Positions 8,728-18,846 of a stretch of DNA of 64,000 nt are shown here, piece by piece. A program made the translations under genes and the position numbers. Under the pieces are notes generated by a model. The model was not told where the DNA came from and ran no database searches. It saw only the letters and a program-made list of their open reading frames with translations. The stretch is from the IMG/VR virus record IMGVR_UViG_2654587994_000003, positions 1 through 64,000 of that record; one strand, written 5' to 3'. Within the stretch, counting starts at the first letter, position 1, and every line of letters starts with the position of its first letter. The DNA is from a virus (taxonomy: Duplodnaviria > Caudoviricetes).

Positions 8728-9800
8728 GCCGGTTTTCCGTCGCCAAGGGCTATGCCGTCGATAATATCGAGACGCTCATCATGGAGCTTCTCGGCGGCCA
8801 GCAGAAATTCCGCCGCAAGAGCCTATGGAACGTCCGTAACCAGTATCGCGCCGGCGCCAAGGAAGACCAGATGGTTGTCTGGCTTTCCGGGCCGCGGCGT
8901 GGTGCCTGGAAAGATTTTGCCGGAACGGACCAGGGCGATGCTATCGACCTCGTCGCCTTCGGGCTGAAAGGCGCTGTGACCGCGGAGACGCGCATGGACG
9001 CCGTCGAGTGGCTCGAGGACCGGTTCAACATCCGGCAGATGACGCCCGAGCGAAAAAAACAGTACGACGCCGAGCGCCAGATCCGGATATCCGCGGCGGA
9101 GGCCGAGGAGAAGAAGCGCCGGGAAAAATCCATCGCCCGGGCACGCAAGTTTTTCTTCAGCTGCAGCCCGATCGAGAACAGCCTGGCTGATCGTTATCTA
9201 GGCACGCGCGCCGTCCACCTTGGGCAGGTTGCTGGACTGGGGCGATCGCTCCGGTTTCATCCGGAGTGCGAATACTGGATGGACGAGGCGCGTCCGCGCC
9301 ATCCTGCGATGATTGCCGCCATGGTCGATGTGACCGGCCGGATCGGCGCTTGCCACTACACCTTCCTGCAGCGCGACGGATCGGGAAAAGCCGACGTCGA
9401 AAAAGCCAAACTGATGTTTCCCGAAACGACAGGATTGGTCGTTCGCTTGACCAATGGCGAGAGCGGGTTGTCGGCGGAGGAAGCGGCCGAGAATGGCGTG
9501 ATCGGCATATGCGCCCTTACGGAAGGCATCGAGGACGGCCTTTCCGTTGCTCTCACCAATCCCGAATTGCGCGTCTGGGCTGCCGGCAGCCTACCGGGCC
9601 TTCGTAGCGTGCCGGATCACGCCTCCGTCTGCGCGTGGGTGGTTTTCAAAGACAACGACTGGGGCAAGCCGCAGGCGCAGGAACAGTTCGACCTGGCGAT
9701 CGCCAGGCTGAAGAGCTTCAGGAAGCCGGTGGAGGTGATCTCCATGCCGGCCGAGTGGGGAAAAGACGTCAACGACGCAATCAGGAGCGGATGGAAATGA
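8724..9800 (+). CDS. TOPRIM DNA primase
   Basis: WKDFAG..GDAIDL N-domain; TEGIEDGLS, DND and KDVND TOPRIM motifs. Confidence 0.85.
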   Translation: MSRFSVAKGYAVDNIETLIMELLGGQQKFRRKSLWNVRNQYRAGAKEDQMVVWLSGPRRGAWKDFAGTDQGDAIDLVAFGLKGAVTAETRMDAVEWLEDRFNIRQMTPERKKQYDAERQIRISAAEAEEKKRREKSIARARKFFFSCSPIENSLADRYLGTRAVHLGQVAGLGRSLRFHPECEYWMDEARPRHPAMIAAMVDVTGRIGACHYTFLQRDGSGKADVEKAKLMFPETTGLVVRLTNGESGLSAEEAAENGVIGICALTEGIEDGLSVALTNPELRVWAAGSLPGLRSVPDHASVCAWVVFKDNDWGKPQAQEQFDLAIARLKSFRKPVEVISMPAEWGKDVNDAIRSGWK

Positions 9801-10198
9801 GTTACGAAGCATGGGGCGAACCGGACGACAGCCCTTTCGACGCCGCGGCCGAGGCCGGGTGGATCAATCCGGAAGACACCTCGAAAGCCATCATCGACGT
9901 GATGAACGAGCGCGATCGTCAGTGGAACGAGGAAGGTTTTACGGGCGAGCATGATGATGCAGTCAACGCCGGTGGTCAGCTTGTCCAGGCTGCTGAAGCG
10001 TACCTGGCTCACAACAACCTGCCTGAAAAAGAGCGTGCGCGGGTCGTCAGCTGGTCATTCTGGCCATGGGATCCGGCTTGGTGGAAGCCAAAGGATCGTC
10101 GCAAAGACCTGGTGCGCGCCGCTGCGCTCATCGTCGCCGAGATCGAGCGGATAGACCGCGTCGAAAAAAGAGCTCAACAGCAAGGAGAGAGAGCATGA
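9797..10198 (+). CDS. Conserved phage protein (ERxRQ..WPW..DLVRAAALIVAEIERID family)
   Basis: Widespread phage motif set. Confidence 0.75.
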   Translation: MSYEAWGEPDDSPFDAAAEAGWINPEDTSKAIIDVMNERDRQWNEEGFTGEHDDAVNAGGQLVQAAEAYLAHNNLPEKERARVVSWSFWPWDPAWWKPKDRRKDLVRAAALIVAEIERIDRVEKRAQQQGERA

Positions 10199-11244
10199 CG
10201 GATATCATTTCGATAGATCCGGTGGATTTCGCCGGCGCCATCGGCCACCTGGCAGCCAACGGCCTTTACGCCATCCTCGAGGGGCGCGATCTCGAGAACG
10301 AAAACTGGTTCGGGGGCGACGTCGCCCAGTCAGAGCATGACGTCTATATTTTGGCGGAGTACGTGTCGCGCACCGAAGCCAGCGGCGAGCGCTTGTGGCG
10401 GTTCGCCGCAATCGAGGCTCTCACCGAGGACGGCAACTATGGTGATATTCCCCTTCCCCGCCGTCTCGCCTTCAATCTTTTTGCATCCACCAGCCTGCAG
10501 GCCCTGCGGGAACTGAAGGCCGTGCGAGACGCGCTCGCGCAGATCCTTGCGGTAGCGGAATACAAGGAGCCGCCGGCGCTGAAGATCGAGGACAGCATTT
10601 TCGAGCCGCACGGCAGCTTAGGCGACCAGGAGGCCTATCAGGCGCAATGGCTGAAGGACCAGCAGGCAGCCGATCGGCGCGCGCTCGATGACGCCAAGGC
10701 CGCCGAGGAAGCAGAGGCTGCTGCAGAGACCATGTCGCTTGGCGCTCCGATCGAAACCGAAATTGAAGACCAGAACCGGCCAACGGCGCTCTCCGTTGGC
10801 CAACAGGAGGGTGCGACCGATGAAAAAGAAACTGCAAATGAGGGACAGGAAGCGGGCGGCGATGCTCAACCGGACCCGGACGCACAGGGCTCGATATCTG
10901 AACTTCTTGGCGACGGTGATAGCGCCGAAGGATCAGACGAACCTGTCGGAGAGGCTCCCCCGGCTTCAGAAGTGGCGGAACCGCTGGCAGACCAGGGTAG
11001 CGACGAAGGTGGCAAGAGCGCTAACGCGGTCGAGCAAGCCGCGATACCGGCTAGCCCCGAGGGGGGAGAAAGCGCCGGCGGGGAAAAGCTTGATGATGAT
11101 CGGATCCAGCCCGGCGATGATGGCGCTGCATCTGATGGCGACCACGGTGCGACGGCCGCCGCCAGTGGTGACGATGCTGTCGGCGCCGACGTGAAAAAGC
11201 CGGCTCGCGCCAGAAAATCCAAAAAGACCAAATCACCGAACTGA
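10195..11244 (+). CDS. Hypothetical protein with long acidic disordered C-terminus and basic tail
   Basis: GGAG SD; D/E/G/A-rich second half, ending KKPARARKSKKTK. Confidence 0.75.
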   Translation: MTDIISIDPVDFAGAIGHLAANGLYAILEGRDLENENWFGGDVAQSEHDVYILAEYVSRTEASGERLWRFAAIEALTEDGNYGDIPLPRRLAFNLFASTSLQALRELKAVRDALAQILAVAEYKEPPALKIEDSIFEPHGSLGDQEAYQAQWLKDQQAADRRALDDAKAAEEAEAAAETMSLGAPIETEIEDQNRPTALSVGQQEGATDEKETANEGQEAGGDAQPDPDAQGSISELLGDGDSAEGSDEPVGEAPPASEVAEPLADQGSDEGGKSANAVEQAAIPASPEGGESAGGEKLDDDRIQPGDDGAASDGDHGATAAASGDDAVGADVKKPARARKSKKTKSPN

Positions 11245-11316
11245 AATTGAGCGCTCAATTGTCAACCGGAAGGCGGGTTTTGACCCGTTTTCCGGTCACT
11301 GGGAAAATTTATTTTG

Positions 11317-13167
11317 ATGGCTGAGGAAAACAACGACGGCAAGCGCCCAGTCCGCGGTTTGATCGGTGGGGCGATCAGCAAGGTCAAGCACCAGCTGAAG
11401 ACGAAGGACGCGGCCTATCCGGAACGCGGAAAGCCGCTCGACAGTGTCATGCCGGGCAAATGGCTCGAGGACGGTTTGTTCGATGACACCGGACACTTGC
11501 CCTGGAACTGCCCTATCCGGCCGCTTGGCTACGATGGGGAGCATTACTATTTCGTCGACACTATGGGGCAGGTGTTCAATACCGGCGATAGCTCCATGGG
11601 CGTCGAGCGCCTGCAGAAGCTTTTCGCAGGACACGAGGCATGGCTGGACTGGGCTTTCCCGGCCTATGACGCCAAGGGGCGTGTGTCCGGATGGAAAAGC
11701 GAAATGGTACGGCGCGCGCTGTACGCCGCCTGCAGGGAGCGCGGCGCCTGGTCGTCGGCTGACATGGTGCGCGGCCGTGGTGCCTGGCGCGATCGTGACG
11801 GCAACCTGGTCCTGCATTGTGGCGATTGCCTGTGGATCAACGGCGAGATCTCCGACACTGGGGAGCATGGTGATCACCTCTATGTCCGAAGGCCGCGGGC
11901 AATGGTGCCCTGGGCGGAACCGATAACCGAGGAAAACAATCCATCTGTTAAAATCGTTGAGATCCTGCGCACCTGGAACATGGACCGCAAGGAGGTCGAT
12001 CCGATCATCGTGCTCGGAGCGATAGGCGTGGCCATGTTGGGCGGCGCGCTGGACTGGCGACCCTCGATGATGATTGTCGGTGACGCCGGCGTCGGCAAAT
12101 CCGAGCTCAACGGGAAGAACGGGGTTCTGAAAACCATCCTGGGCAGAATGATGGTATCGACCACCAACGCGACCGAGGCAGGCCTCTATCAGTTGGTAGG
12201 CCACGATAGCGTGCCGATCGCGATCGACGAGCTCGAAGGTGACGACGGGATCGACCAGGCGCAGAAGGTCATCAAGATGGCCCGCGATGCTGCGTCCGGA
12301 TCCGTGCGCATCCGCGGCGGCCAGAACCACAAGGGCGTAGAGTTTCAAGCGCAATCGACCTTTTTCTTTTCCGGTATCAACCCGCCACCGCTGCCCCCGG
12401 CCTCGATGACCAGGCTGGCCATCATCCAGTTGCTGCCGTTGGATCCCAACAGCACCAAAGCCCCGGTATTACCCGAGGCCGATACTGTCGGACCGAGGCT
12501 GTTGCGACGGCTCGCGGACAGCTGGAAAGATCTGCAATATCGTCTTGATGATTATGCAAATATCCTGCGAGAGCACGGGCATGACAGCCGCGGCCAAAAG
12601 ACATTCAGCACCTTTCTGGCCGTCGCCCATACCATGCTCGGCGACGAGGGACTGAAGGCCCTCAACCTGCCATATGAGGATCTCTCACCCTGGGGCAAGT
12701 GGCTAGCTGCAGATCTAGTGCCGGAGCTCGAGGGGCGAGCGCCTACCTGGGAACAGGTTCTGATCGCCATCCAAACGTCGGTTATCGAGAACTATTCAGG
12801 CGGCGCTCGTCGCACTGTCGCGCAGGAGCTCGAGAGGCTGAAGGATGGCGAAAGTCTCAGCGAGGTGCGAGATCGTCTGTCCCTTATCGATCTCGGCATC
12901 TTCGCGGATCCAGCAAAGCCAAAGCAATTCTACCTGGCGATACCGAACCAGAGCCGCGTCCTGGCCAAAGCGCTTGCCGGCACGCCATTCTCGAATGGCC
13001 TGCAGGGGTCCTGGAGCTTTGCTTTCAAGCGAGGCGATCCCAAAATCATCAAGCAGAAAATCGAACTGAAGCCCGGCCACCCTGATAATCGCGTCACTGT
13101 AGCCGGCCGCCAGGCGCGGTGCAGTTTCGTTTCCCTCTACGAATATACGAGGTGGCTGGCAAAATGA
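11317..13167 (+). CDS. Replicative P-loop helicase / origin-binding protein
   Basis: Walker A GDAGVGKS, Walker B IAIDE; follows primase and precedes iterons. Confidence 0.8.
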   Translation: MAEENNDGKRPVRGLIGGAISKVKHQLKTKDAAYPERGKPLDSVMPGKWLEDGLFDDTGHLPWNCPIRPLGYDGEHYYFVDTMGQVFNTGDSSMGVERLQKLFAGHEAWLDWAFPAYDAKGRVSGWKSEMVRRALYAACRERGAWSSADMVRGRGAWRDRDGNLVLHCGDCLWINGEISDTGEHGDHLYVRRPRAMVPWAEPITEENNPSVKIVEILRTWNMDRKEVDPIIVLGAIGVAMLGGALDWRPSMMIVGDAGVGKSELNGKNGVLKTILGRMMVSTTNATEAGLYQLVGHDSVPIAIDELEGDDGIDQAQKVIKMARDAASGSVRIRGGQNHKGVEFQAQSTFFFSGINPPPLPPASMTRLAIIQLLPLDPNSTKAPVLPEADTVGPRLLRRLADSWKDLQYRLDDYANILREHGHDSRGQKTFSTFLAVAHTMLGDEGLKALNLPYEDLSPWGKWLAADLVPELEGRAPTWEQVLIAIQTSVIENYSGGARRTVAQELERLKDGESLSEVRDRLSLIDLGIFADPAKPKQFYLAIPNQSRVLAKALAGTPFSNGLQGSWSFAFKRGDPKIIKQKIELKPGHPDNRVTVAGRQARCSFVSLYEYTRWLAK

Positions 13168-13263
13168 TCCCTGCAACCATGGGCGGCAGAGGACCGCCCT
13201 TTTGCGCCCATTTTCAGGAGGAAACCCGCACCCCCACCCTTTGGCATGCTGGAAACGGCGTGG

Positions 13264-13290
13264 TTGACGGATTTTGCCGTCGTGTAGCGT
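13264..13290 (+). promoter_or_regulatory. Putative late promoter TTGACG-N15-TAGCGT
   Basis: One of five equally spaced copies in prophage 1. Confidence 0.5.
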
Positions 13291-13321
13291 ATCACTAGGC
13301 GTGTGTCGTCGCCGCAATCGC

Positions 13322-13550
13322 TGTCTAACTGTCTAATGAGTGTCTAACGAATAAGGCACTGATTTAATTGAGAGAATAGCCCTCATTAGACACTTAGACA
13401 GCTAGACAGCAAACCTCTCATAATGTGCGCAAGTGTGCGTATGTATACGAGGCATCACGCTGTCTAGTTGTCTAACTGTCTAAATATATATCTAACCATA
13501 TGTTTTATATGGATAATTTTATTAGACAGTCGTTAGACACTCTGTAGACA
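13322..13550. repeat. Putative replication origin: 12 TGTCTA(A/G/C) iterons in four triplets, alternating orientation, with AT-rich spacers
   Basis: Forward at 13322/13330/13341 and 13461/13469/13477; reverse at 13386/13394/13402 and 13522/13533/13544; IHF-like site near 13352-13364. Confidence 0.8.
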
Positions 13551-13560
13551 GCAGGCGGCG

Positions 13561-14154
13561 ATGGGATCGAATAATATATCCGACGATAATGCTCCTGAGG
13601 GACAGGATTGGCGTGCCGAGGCGGCCGACGCGCTGGCCTCTCACGACCCGAAGAAGGCCGCAAAGCGCGGCCGGGGCAGGCCGAAGGGCGCACGGAACCG
13701 CAAGACAGAGGATTTCGCGGCCTGGTACAACGCGCAAGGCTACAAGGATCCGTTGCAGATGCAGGCCGAGTTCATGAGCGCGGATCCGGTGGGCATTCAG
13801 GCTTTTTTCTGCGAGCACGAGCGGACGCTGAAGGCGATCGGGAAGAAAACCGGCAAGGCCGTGCCCTCCCTGGGCGAGATCGTCAAAGAGCAGCTGGCCT
13901 GCGCCCGAGACATTGCGCCCTACCTCCATGGCAAGGCTCCCGTCCGCCTGGTGGTGGAAGACGAGCGGTTGCCGATCCTCGTCATCAACTCGGGCACGAA
14001 CCAGCTTGACCAGGCGCGCACGGTCGCGGCGCAAAAGGGCCTGTCTGTCGGGCGTCCACTGCTGGATGTTACACCTAATAAAATCAATGACTTAGCGGAC
14101 GGAGCGGGCGAAAGTCCCACGGCTGAAAGTCCCACGAATGGAAAGCGCAAATGA
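13561..14154 (+). CDS. Terminase small subunit-like protein
   Basis: GRGRPKGARNRKT and IAPYLHGK motifs; upstream of terL. Confidence 0.65.
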   Translation: MGSNNISDDNAPEGQDWRAEAADALASHDPKKAAKRGRGRPKGARNRKTEDFAAWYNAQGYKDPLQMQAEFMSADPVGIQAFFCEHERTLKAIGKKTGKAVPSLGEIVKEQLACARDIAPYLHGKAPVRLVVEDERLPILVINSGTNQLDQARTVAAQKGLSVGRPLLDVTPNKINDLADGAGESPTAESPTNGKRK

Positions 14155-14668
14155 TTTCAGGTGCTTACGAGAATAATTCACTGATGGGATATCAGTTGCC
14201 TTCATCCGATTTCGAGGGGGACCGGCACCCTTGGGCGGATCGACCTGGGCGCGGCCAGCGCGGCCGCATCCGGTACGCCCCCCCTGCATGGCTGGCGGCC
14301 GCCCCCGGCCGGGCGGGCTTCCCCCGAAGGGGGGGCACCCCCACCCCCAGGGCCCACGCGCACGCGCACCGTCGCCATTTTTGGCAAATGGCCTCAAGGC
14401 CGTTTCCGAGGGTGATTTTGCCCTCTTGGGCCGCGTCTAATCTCCTCCGCCTTGGGGTCGGGGGCCGGGTCAGCGGATGCACCGCGCCTCTTCCTGCCTT
14501 TGCGGGGGTCGGGGGAAAATCTTATCCTCTGTCGGGGAAGGGAATTGATAAGCGGACGGCCTCAAGCCGACGAACCTCCGGTTCGCAACTTTCGACCGAC
14601 TTGCTTGTGGGCCGGCGCGCATGCGCTATGCGCGCGCCGGCTGGTGCCGCCACCGTTGGAGCCAGCCA

Positions 14669-16342
14669 ATGAGCCAGCATATTTCCAACATCATCACCCG
14701 TGACGACATCCGGACATACTCCGACGAGGAGATGCGCAAGAAGATTGCGGAGCTCGATTTCGTCGGCGACTTCGACCCCTTCAATTACACGCCGCCTGGC
14801 CCCGTCGGCGAAACCTTCCTGAACTCGACCTATCTCACCACCTTCATCATGGGGCCGCTGGGCGGCGGCAAAACCACCCTCTGCGCGTTCCGGCGCATTC
14901 TTGCTGCCACCTTGGCACCCGTCGCCTGGCATCCGGAAGACAAGAAGCCGACACGCATGTGTCGCTGGATTGTGTTGCGAGACACCTTCCGCTCTGCCGA
15001 AAAAACGGTTCTGGAAAGCTGGAAACAGTGGTTTCCCAAAGGTTTCCCGGGCTCAAAATGGGCCGGTGGCAACGACCGGCCGGTCACGCACACCCTGCGC
15101 TTCATGGGAACAGACGGCGTTCGCATCGAAATCGTGACGGAATTTGCCGGTCTCGGCGAAAACTCGATCGAGACGCTGATGAAGGGCCGCGAATATTCAG
15201 GCGGCTGGCTTAACGAAGCGGACACCCACGCGGACGGCGCCCTCGATGACCTGGAGCAACGCGTGGGCCGATATCCTTCTGCCAACATTCTGCTGACCGT
15301 GGCCGAGCTCGAGAAGCTAAGCAGGGAACTGGGGCATCCGATCTATTCCGGCCAGCGTCAGCGCCAGGTAATCGGCGACCTCAACGCCCCCACCGTGGAC
15401 AACTGGGTCTATAAAAAGTTCGTCAAGGAAAAAACCGAAGACCGGCATCTCTGCATCCAGCCGTCCGGCCGATCGGAAAACGCGGAAAACCGCTTCAATC
15501 TTGACCTCGACTATTACGATCGCATCATCCGCAACCAGGACGAACACTTCGTCAAGCGCATGGTCGACAATGAGTTCGGATACTCCCGCCACGGCAAGCC
15601 GGTCTACGAGAAATTCAACCGCGCGATCCATGTAGCCCGGTCCCGTATCTATTTCGAGCCAAAGCTCACCCTGGGTATCGGCATCGATATCTCCATGAAC
15701 ACTCTCAATCCGGCCGCCGTGTTCGGCCAGGTGCGCGGCGCACGTATTGCAGCAATCGACGAGCTTTATCTCGGTCACGGTGTCGGCGCCGCGCGCATGG
15801 GTGAAGCCCTCGACCGGAAGATCCGGGAAGATTACGCCGGCGTCACGAAAATCCGGATATGGTGCGACCCGGCCGCCGAGTACGGCGCCGACAGGGAGGC
15901 CGGTCAGCTGACCGCCATGGAAACGATCGCCATGATCCTTGGCCTGCCGATCCTCATTCCGGGCAGTGGCTCAAACGAGCTCGGGATGCGCCTGGATGCT
16001 GTCAAGACAGAACTGCGCGGCTATCACGAACCGAATAGTGAATTGCAGGTATGCCCGGAAAAGTGCCCTCTCCTCCTCGAGGGCTTTGACGGAAAGTACC
16101 GATACAAGCGGCGCAAGGAAACGGCGTCGACCGAATTCGAAGAGCAGCCCGAAAAAACTCACCCCTGGGCGGACCTTCAGGACGCCCTGCAGTATCTGAT
16201 CATCGGCTTTCGCGGCCGTGCTGGCGTCATTCGTGGCGCCGCCGATCGGCGGCAAGGTGAGCGCTCGGCGCGTGCGCCCGGTTCTTCGAGCTCACCGTGG
16301 GGTCGGGGTGGGTTTGATCCTCACAAGGTAGGCACCCGATGA
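14669..16342 (+). CDS. terL: Terminase large subunit
   Basis: MGPLGGGKTT Walker A, WLNEAD Walker B, GIGID nuclease motif, HPWADLQDALQY. Confidence 0.92.
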   Translation: MSQHISNIITRDDIRTYSDEEMRKKIAELDFVGDFDPFNYTPPGPVGETFLNSTYLTTFIMGPLGGGKTTLCAFRRILAATLAPVAWHPEDKKPTRMCRWIVLRDTFRSAEKTVLESWKQWFPKGFPGSKWAGGNDRPVTHTLRFMGTDGVRIEIVTEFAGLGENSIETLMKGREYSGGWLNEADTHADGALDDLEQRVGRYPSANILLTVAELEKLSRELGHPIYSGQRQRQVIGDLNAPTVDNWVYKKFVKEKTEDRHLCIQPSGRSENAENRFNLDLDYYDRIIRNQDEHFVKRMVDNEFGYSRHGKPVYEKFNRAIHVARSRIYFEPKLTLGIGIDISMNTLNPAAVFGQVRGARIAAIDELYLGHGVGAARMGEALDRKIREDYAGVTKIRIWCDPAAEYGADREAGQLTAMETIAMILGLPILIPGSGSNELGMRLDAVKTELRGYHEPNSELQVCPEKCPLLLEGFDGKYRYKRRKETASTEFEEQPEKTHPWADLQDALQYLIIGFRGRAGVIRGAADRRQGERSARAPGSSSSPWGRGGFDPHKVGTR

Positions 16343-16812
16343 CATATCGCATCGATACCCCCGCCACACTCTTCGACATGGCCGAGCTTTCCGGTGCAAA
16401 CACCCTCGTCGGTTGGGCGGTCGCACGCGAAATGTGGTCAGGCGGAGAGACATTTGCCATGCGATACGGCGATGAGCTCGTCGGACTTTTCGGCCTCTAC
16501 CCCACGGAAACCGGCGCTGAAGCCTGGTTCAACATCAAGGAAAAAGCCGCCCCTCACATGCTTCGCCTCATCCGGGATATCCGGTTGACCTTAGCTTCCC
16601 GCTCTTACCCTGAGATCGTGGTGATCTGCACCACGGATGCTGGCCGTCGCATAGCGATCGCCAGCGGCTTTCATCTGTTCGAAAGTGACGGGGAAATCAC
16701 ACATGGGAAATTTGTTGGGCGGGGGCAGCAAGGAAGCTGCAAACCTGCAGAAACAGGAAGCGGCAGCACAGCAGCGGCGGACCCTTGCAGATCTCGCCAG
16801 GCAACAGGCTGA
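16339..16812 (+). CDS. Phage protein, possible GNAT-like fold
   Basis: ELVGLFGL..AEAWF..GRRIAIASGF; ATGA overlap with terL. Confidence 0.55.
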   Translation: MTYRIDTPATLFDMAELSGANTLVGWAVAREMWSGGETFAMRYGDELVGLFGLYPTETGAEAWFNIKEKAAPHMLRLIRDIRLTLASRSYPEIVVICTTDAGRRIAIASGFHLFESDGEITHGKFVGRGQQGSCKPAETGSGSTAAADPCRSRQATG

Positions 16813-16927
16813 AGTCGACCAGGCAACGTCCGGCAAAACCGGTCGAAAAACCGGCAGCCGCATGCTCGCCTTCATGAACGAAAGCTTTCTGTCCGGTAGC
16901 GGAAACGACAAGTTCGGGCAGGCCTGA
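16703..16927 (+). CDS. Small virion-associated protein preceding portal
   Basis: MGNLLGGG start, Q/A-rich, TGATG coupling to portal. Confidence 0.65.
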   Translation: MGNLLGGGSKEAANLQKQEAAAQQRRTLADLARQQAEVDQATSGKTGRKTGSRMLAFMNESFLSGSGNDKFGQA

Positions 16928-18465
16928 TGTTCGAGGTCGACAAGCTCAAGGCCCGCCGCAATGCGGCAAAAAAGGAACGCGATGCATTCCAGCCGTTGAT
17001 GGACGAGGCGTACCAGTACGCCATTCCCTTCCGAAAATCGACGCGGCACACGGGCCAGGGCGAAAAACGCGTCGACCAGGTCTTCGATCATACAGCGATC
17101 GACAGCGCCTTCCGTTTCGCCGGCAAGGTCCAGCAGGACTTCTGGCCGGCCGGACAGGAAAACTTCGAAATCGAGCCGGGTCCGCTTGTGATGGACACCG
17201 GCGAGCGGGAACAGTTTTCCCAGCAACTGGCGCCCGTGAGCAAGGTGGCCCAGGCTTTCTTCGAGGACGGCGACTGGGACATGGCGTTTCACGAAATGGC
17301 GCTCGACCTTTCTGCCGGGACCGGCGCCATTCTGATGAACCCCACCGATGATCCGGAGCTCCTCTGGGAGCCGATCTCGGTTCCCATCGAAGAACTCCTG
17401 ATCGAACAGGGGCCGAACAACAAGATTGCAGCCATTTTCTGGGACCGGAAAATGTCTGTGCGAGTCCTCGTTGATACCTGGCCGGAGGGGAAATTCAGCA
17501 AGGATCTGATGGAACTGTTCCGGGCAAAACCGGAAAGTGAAATCGAGGTCCACGTCGACACCGTCTATGATCGCAAAAAGCGCCGCTGGCATATGCTCGT
17601 GTGGTGCAACAAGCAGGACACGATCATTTATTCCAGCCAGTCGCGCACCTGCCCCTGGCTCATTCCCCGCTATTTCCGTGTGCCTGGCGAGACCTATGGC
17701 CGTGGCCCGGTCATGCTGGCCATGCCGTCCATCAAGACGGTGAATACGACCGCTCGCCTTCAGCTGCAGGCCGCCGCGATCGCCATGCTGGGGATTTATA
17801 CCGCCGTCGACGACGGCGTATTCAATCCGGATCTTGCGACGTTGACGCCGGGCGCGTTCTGGAAGGTAGCCAGAAACGGCGGCACGCTAGGCCCGTCCGT
17901 CAACCGCTTCCCTGATCCGCGTATCGATCTTGGCAACCTGGTGCTCAACGACATGCGCATGGGCATCAAGGCCACGATGATGGATCAATCGTTGCCGGCC
18001 GACGGCGCGGCCGTGCGCTCGGCAACCGAGATCCTCGAACGCGTGAAACGCCTGGCGTCAGATCACCTTGGGGCTTACGGCCGCCTCATCAAGGAAGTGA
18101 CGATCCCCGCGGTCAAGCGCGTGCTCGAACTCGCCTACAATCGCGGCCTGATCGCCAACGAAATCCCGATCGATCAGCTGATCACGAGGGTCCGCATCAA
18201 GTCGCCGCTGTCGATCGCACGCGAGGCGCAGCGGATCGAGAAGATCATCCAGTGGCTTCAGATGGTCCTCATGATCCTGCAGGACCGCGCCGGTCGCGTA
18301 GCGCACCTCGAGGAAGCCCTCTCCGATATAGGCCGCCAGTTGGGCGTGCCTCCCGAATACATCGTCACCAATGAGCAGCGCCAGGCGATGGACCAAGCAG
18401 AACAGCAACAGGCACAGGCCGCCATGGCGCTGCAGGCGGTCGCCTCAACGGCTGGAGCGACGTGA
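16927..18465 (+). CDS. Portal (head-tail connector)
   Basis: FDHTA, PGETYGRGP and RSATEILER motifs of T7 gp8/Bbp21-type portals. Confidence 0.92.
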   Translation: MFEVDKLKARRNAAKKERDAFQPLMDEAYQYAIPFRKSTRHTGQGEKRVDQVFDHTAIDSAFRFAGKVQQDFWPAGQENFEIEPGPLVMDTGEREQFSQQLAPVSKVAQAFFEDGDWDMAFHEMALDLSAGTGAILMNPTDDPELLWEPISVPIEELLIEQGPNNKIAAIFWDRKMSVRVLVDTWPEGKFSKDLMELFRAKPESEIEVHVDTVYDRKKRRWHMLVWCNKQDTIIYSSQSRTCPWLIPRYFRVPGETYGRGPVMLAMPSIKTVNTTARLQLQAAAIAMLGIYTAVDDGVFNPDLATLTPGAFWKVARNGGTLGPSVNRFPDPRIDLGNLVLNDMRMGIKATMMDQSLPADGAAVRSATEILERVKRLASDHLGAYGRLIKEVTIPAVKRVLELAYNRGLIANEIPIDQLITRVRIKSPLSIAREAQRIEKIIQWLQMVLMILQDRAGRVAHLEEALSDIGRQLGVPPEYIVTNEQRQAMDQAEQQQAQAAMALQAVASTAGAT

Positions 18466-18466
18466 C

Positions 18467-18832
18467 ATGCAGCCAAACTCACTACAGGACATCATTTCTT
18501 CAGCGGCGAAGGGAGGCTGGGACTGGTTCGAGAGCGCCGATCCCGAGGTGAAACGCGCACTGGAGGTAAAGCAGGCCAAGGATAGCGAAGACCAGAAAAC
18601 GATCGCTCGCGCCTGGGCCCGCTTCGCGCGCAGCCCCGACGGAAAGCGCGCCCTCGAACTGCTGTTCGACACGACATTGAGGCGAACCGTTTTCTTCACC
18701 TCTCTTGGCCTCGACCCGATGTCGATGGCCGTATTCGGCGCATTTCGCGAGGGACAGAACGCCCTCGCCCACGAGATTGCCCGGCAGATCGGTCTGGGCA
18801 ATGCAGAGGCAGTCAAGCCTCGTGACACCTGA
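18467..18832 (+). CDS. Bbp19-like protein
   Basis: F..SPDGKRALE..AFREGQN motif. Confidence 0.75.
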   Translation: MQPNSLQDIISSAAKGGWDWFESADPEVKRALEVKQAKDSEDQKTIARAWARFARSPDGKRALELLFDTTLRRTVFFTSLGLDPMSMAVFGAFREGQNALAHEIARQIGLGNAEAVKPRDT

Positions 18833-18846
18833 AAGGACGGCGTGAC

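Noticed and set aside
13322-13550. CRISPR array
   Set aside because: Repeats are 7 bp, in both orientations, with no spacer periodicity and no cas genes
14151-14672. 173-aa plus-strand ORF between terS and terL
   Set aside because: Low-complexity R/G/P translation of G/C runs; more likely a non-coding packaging region, though not excluded
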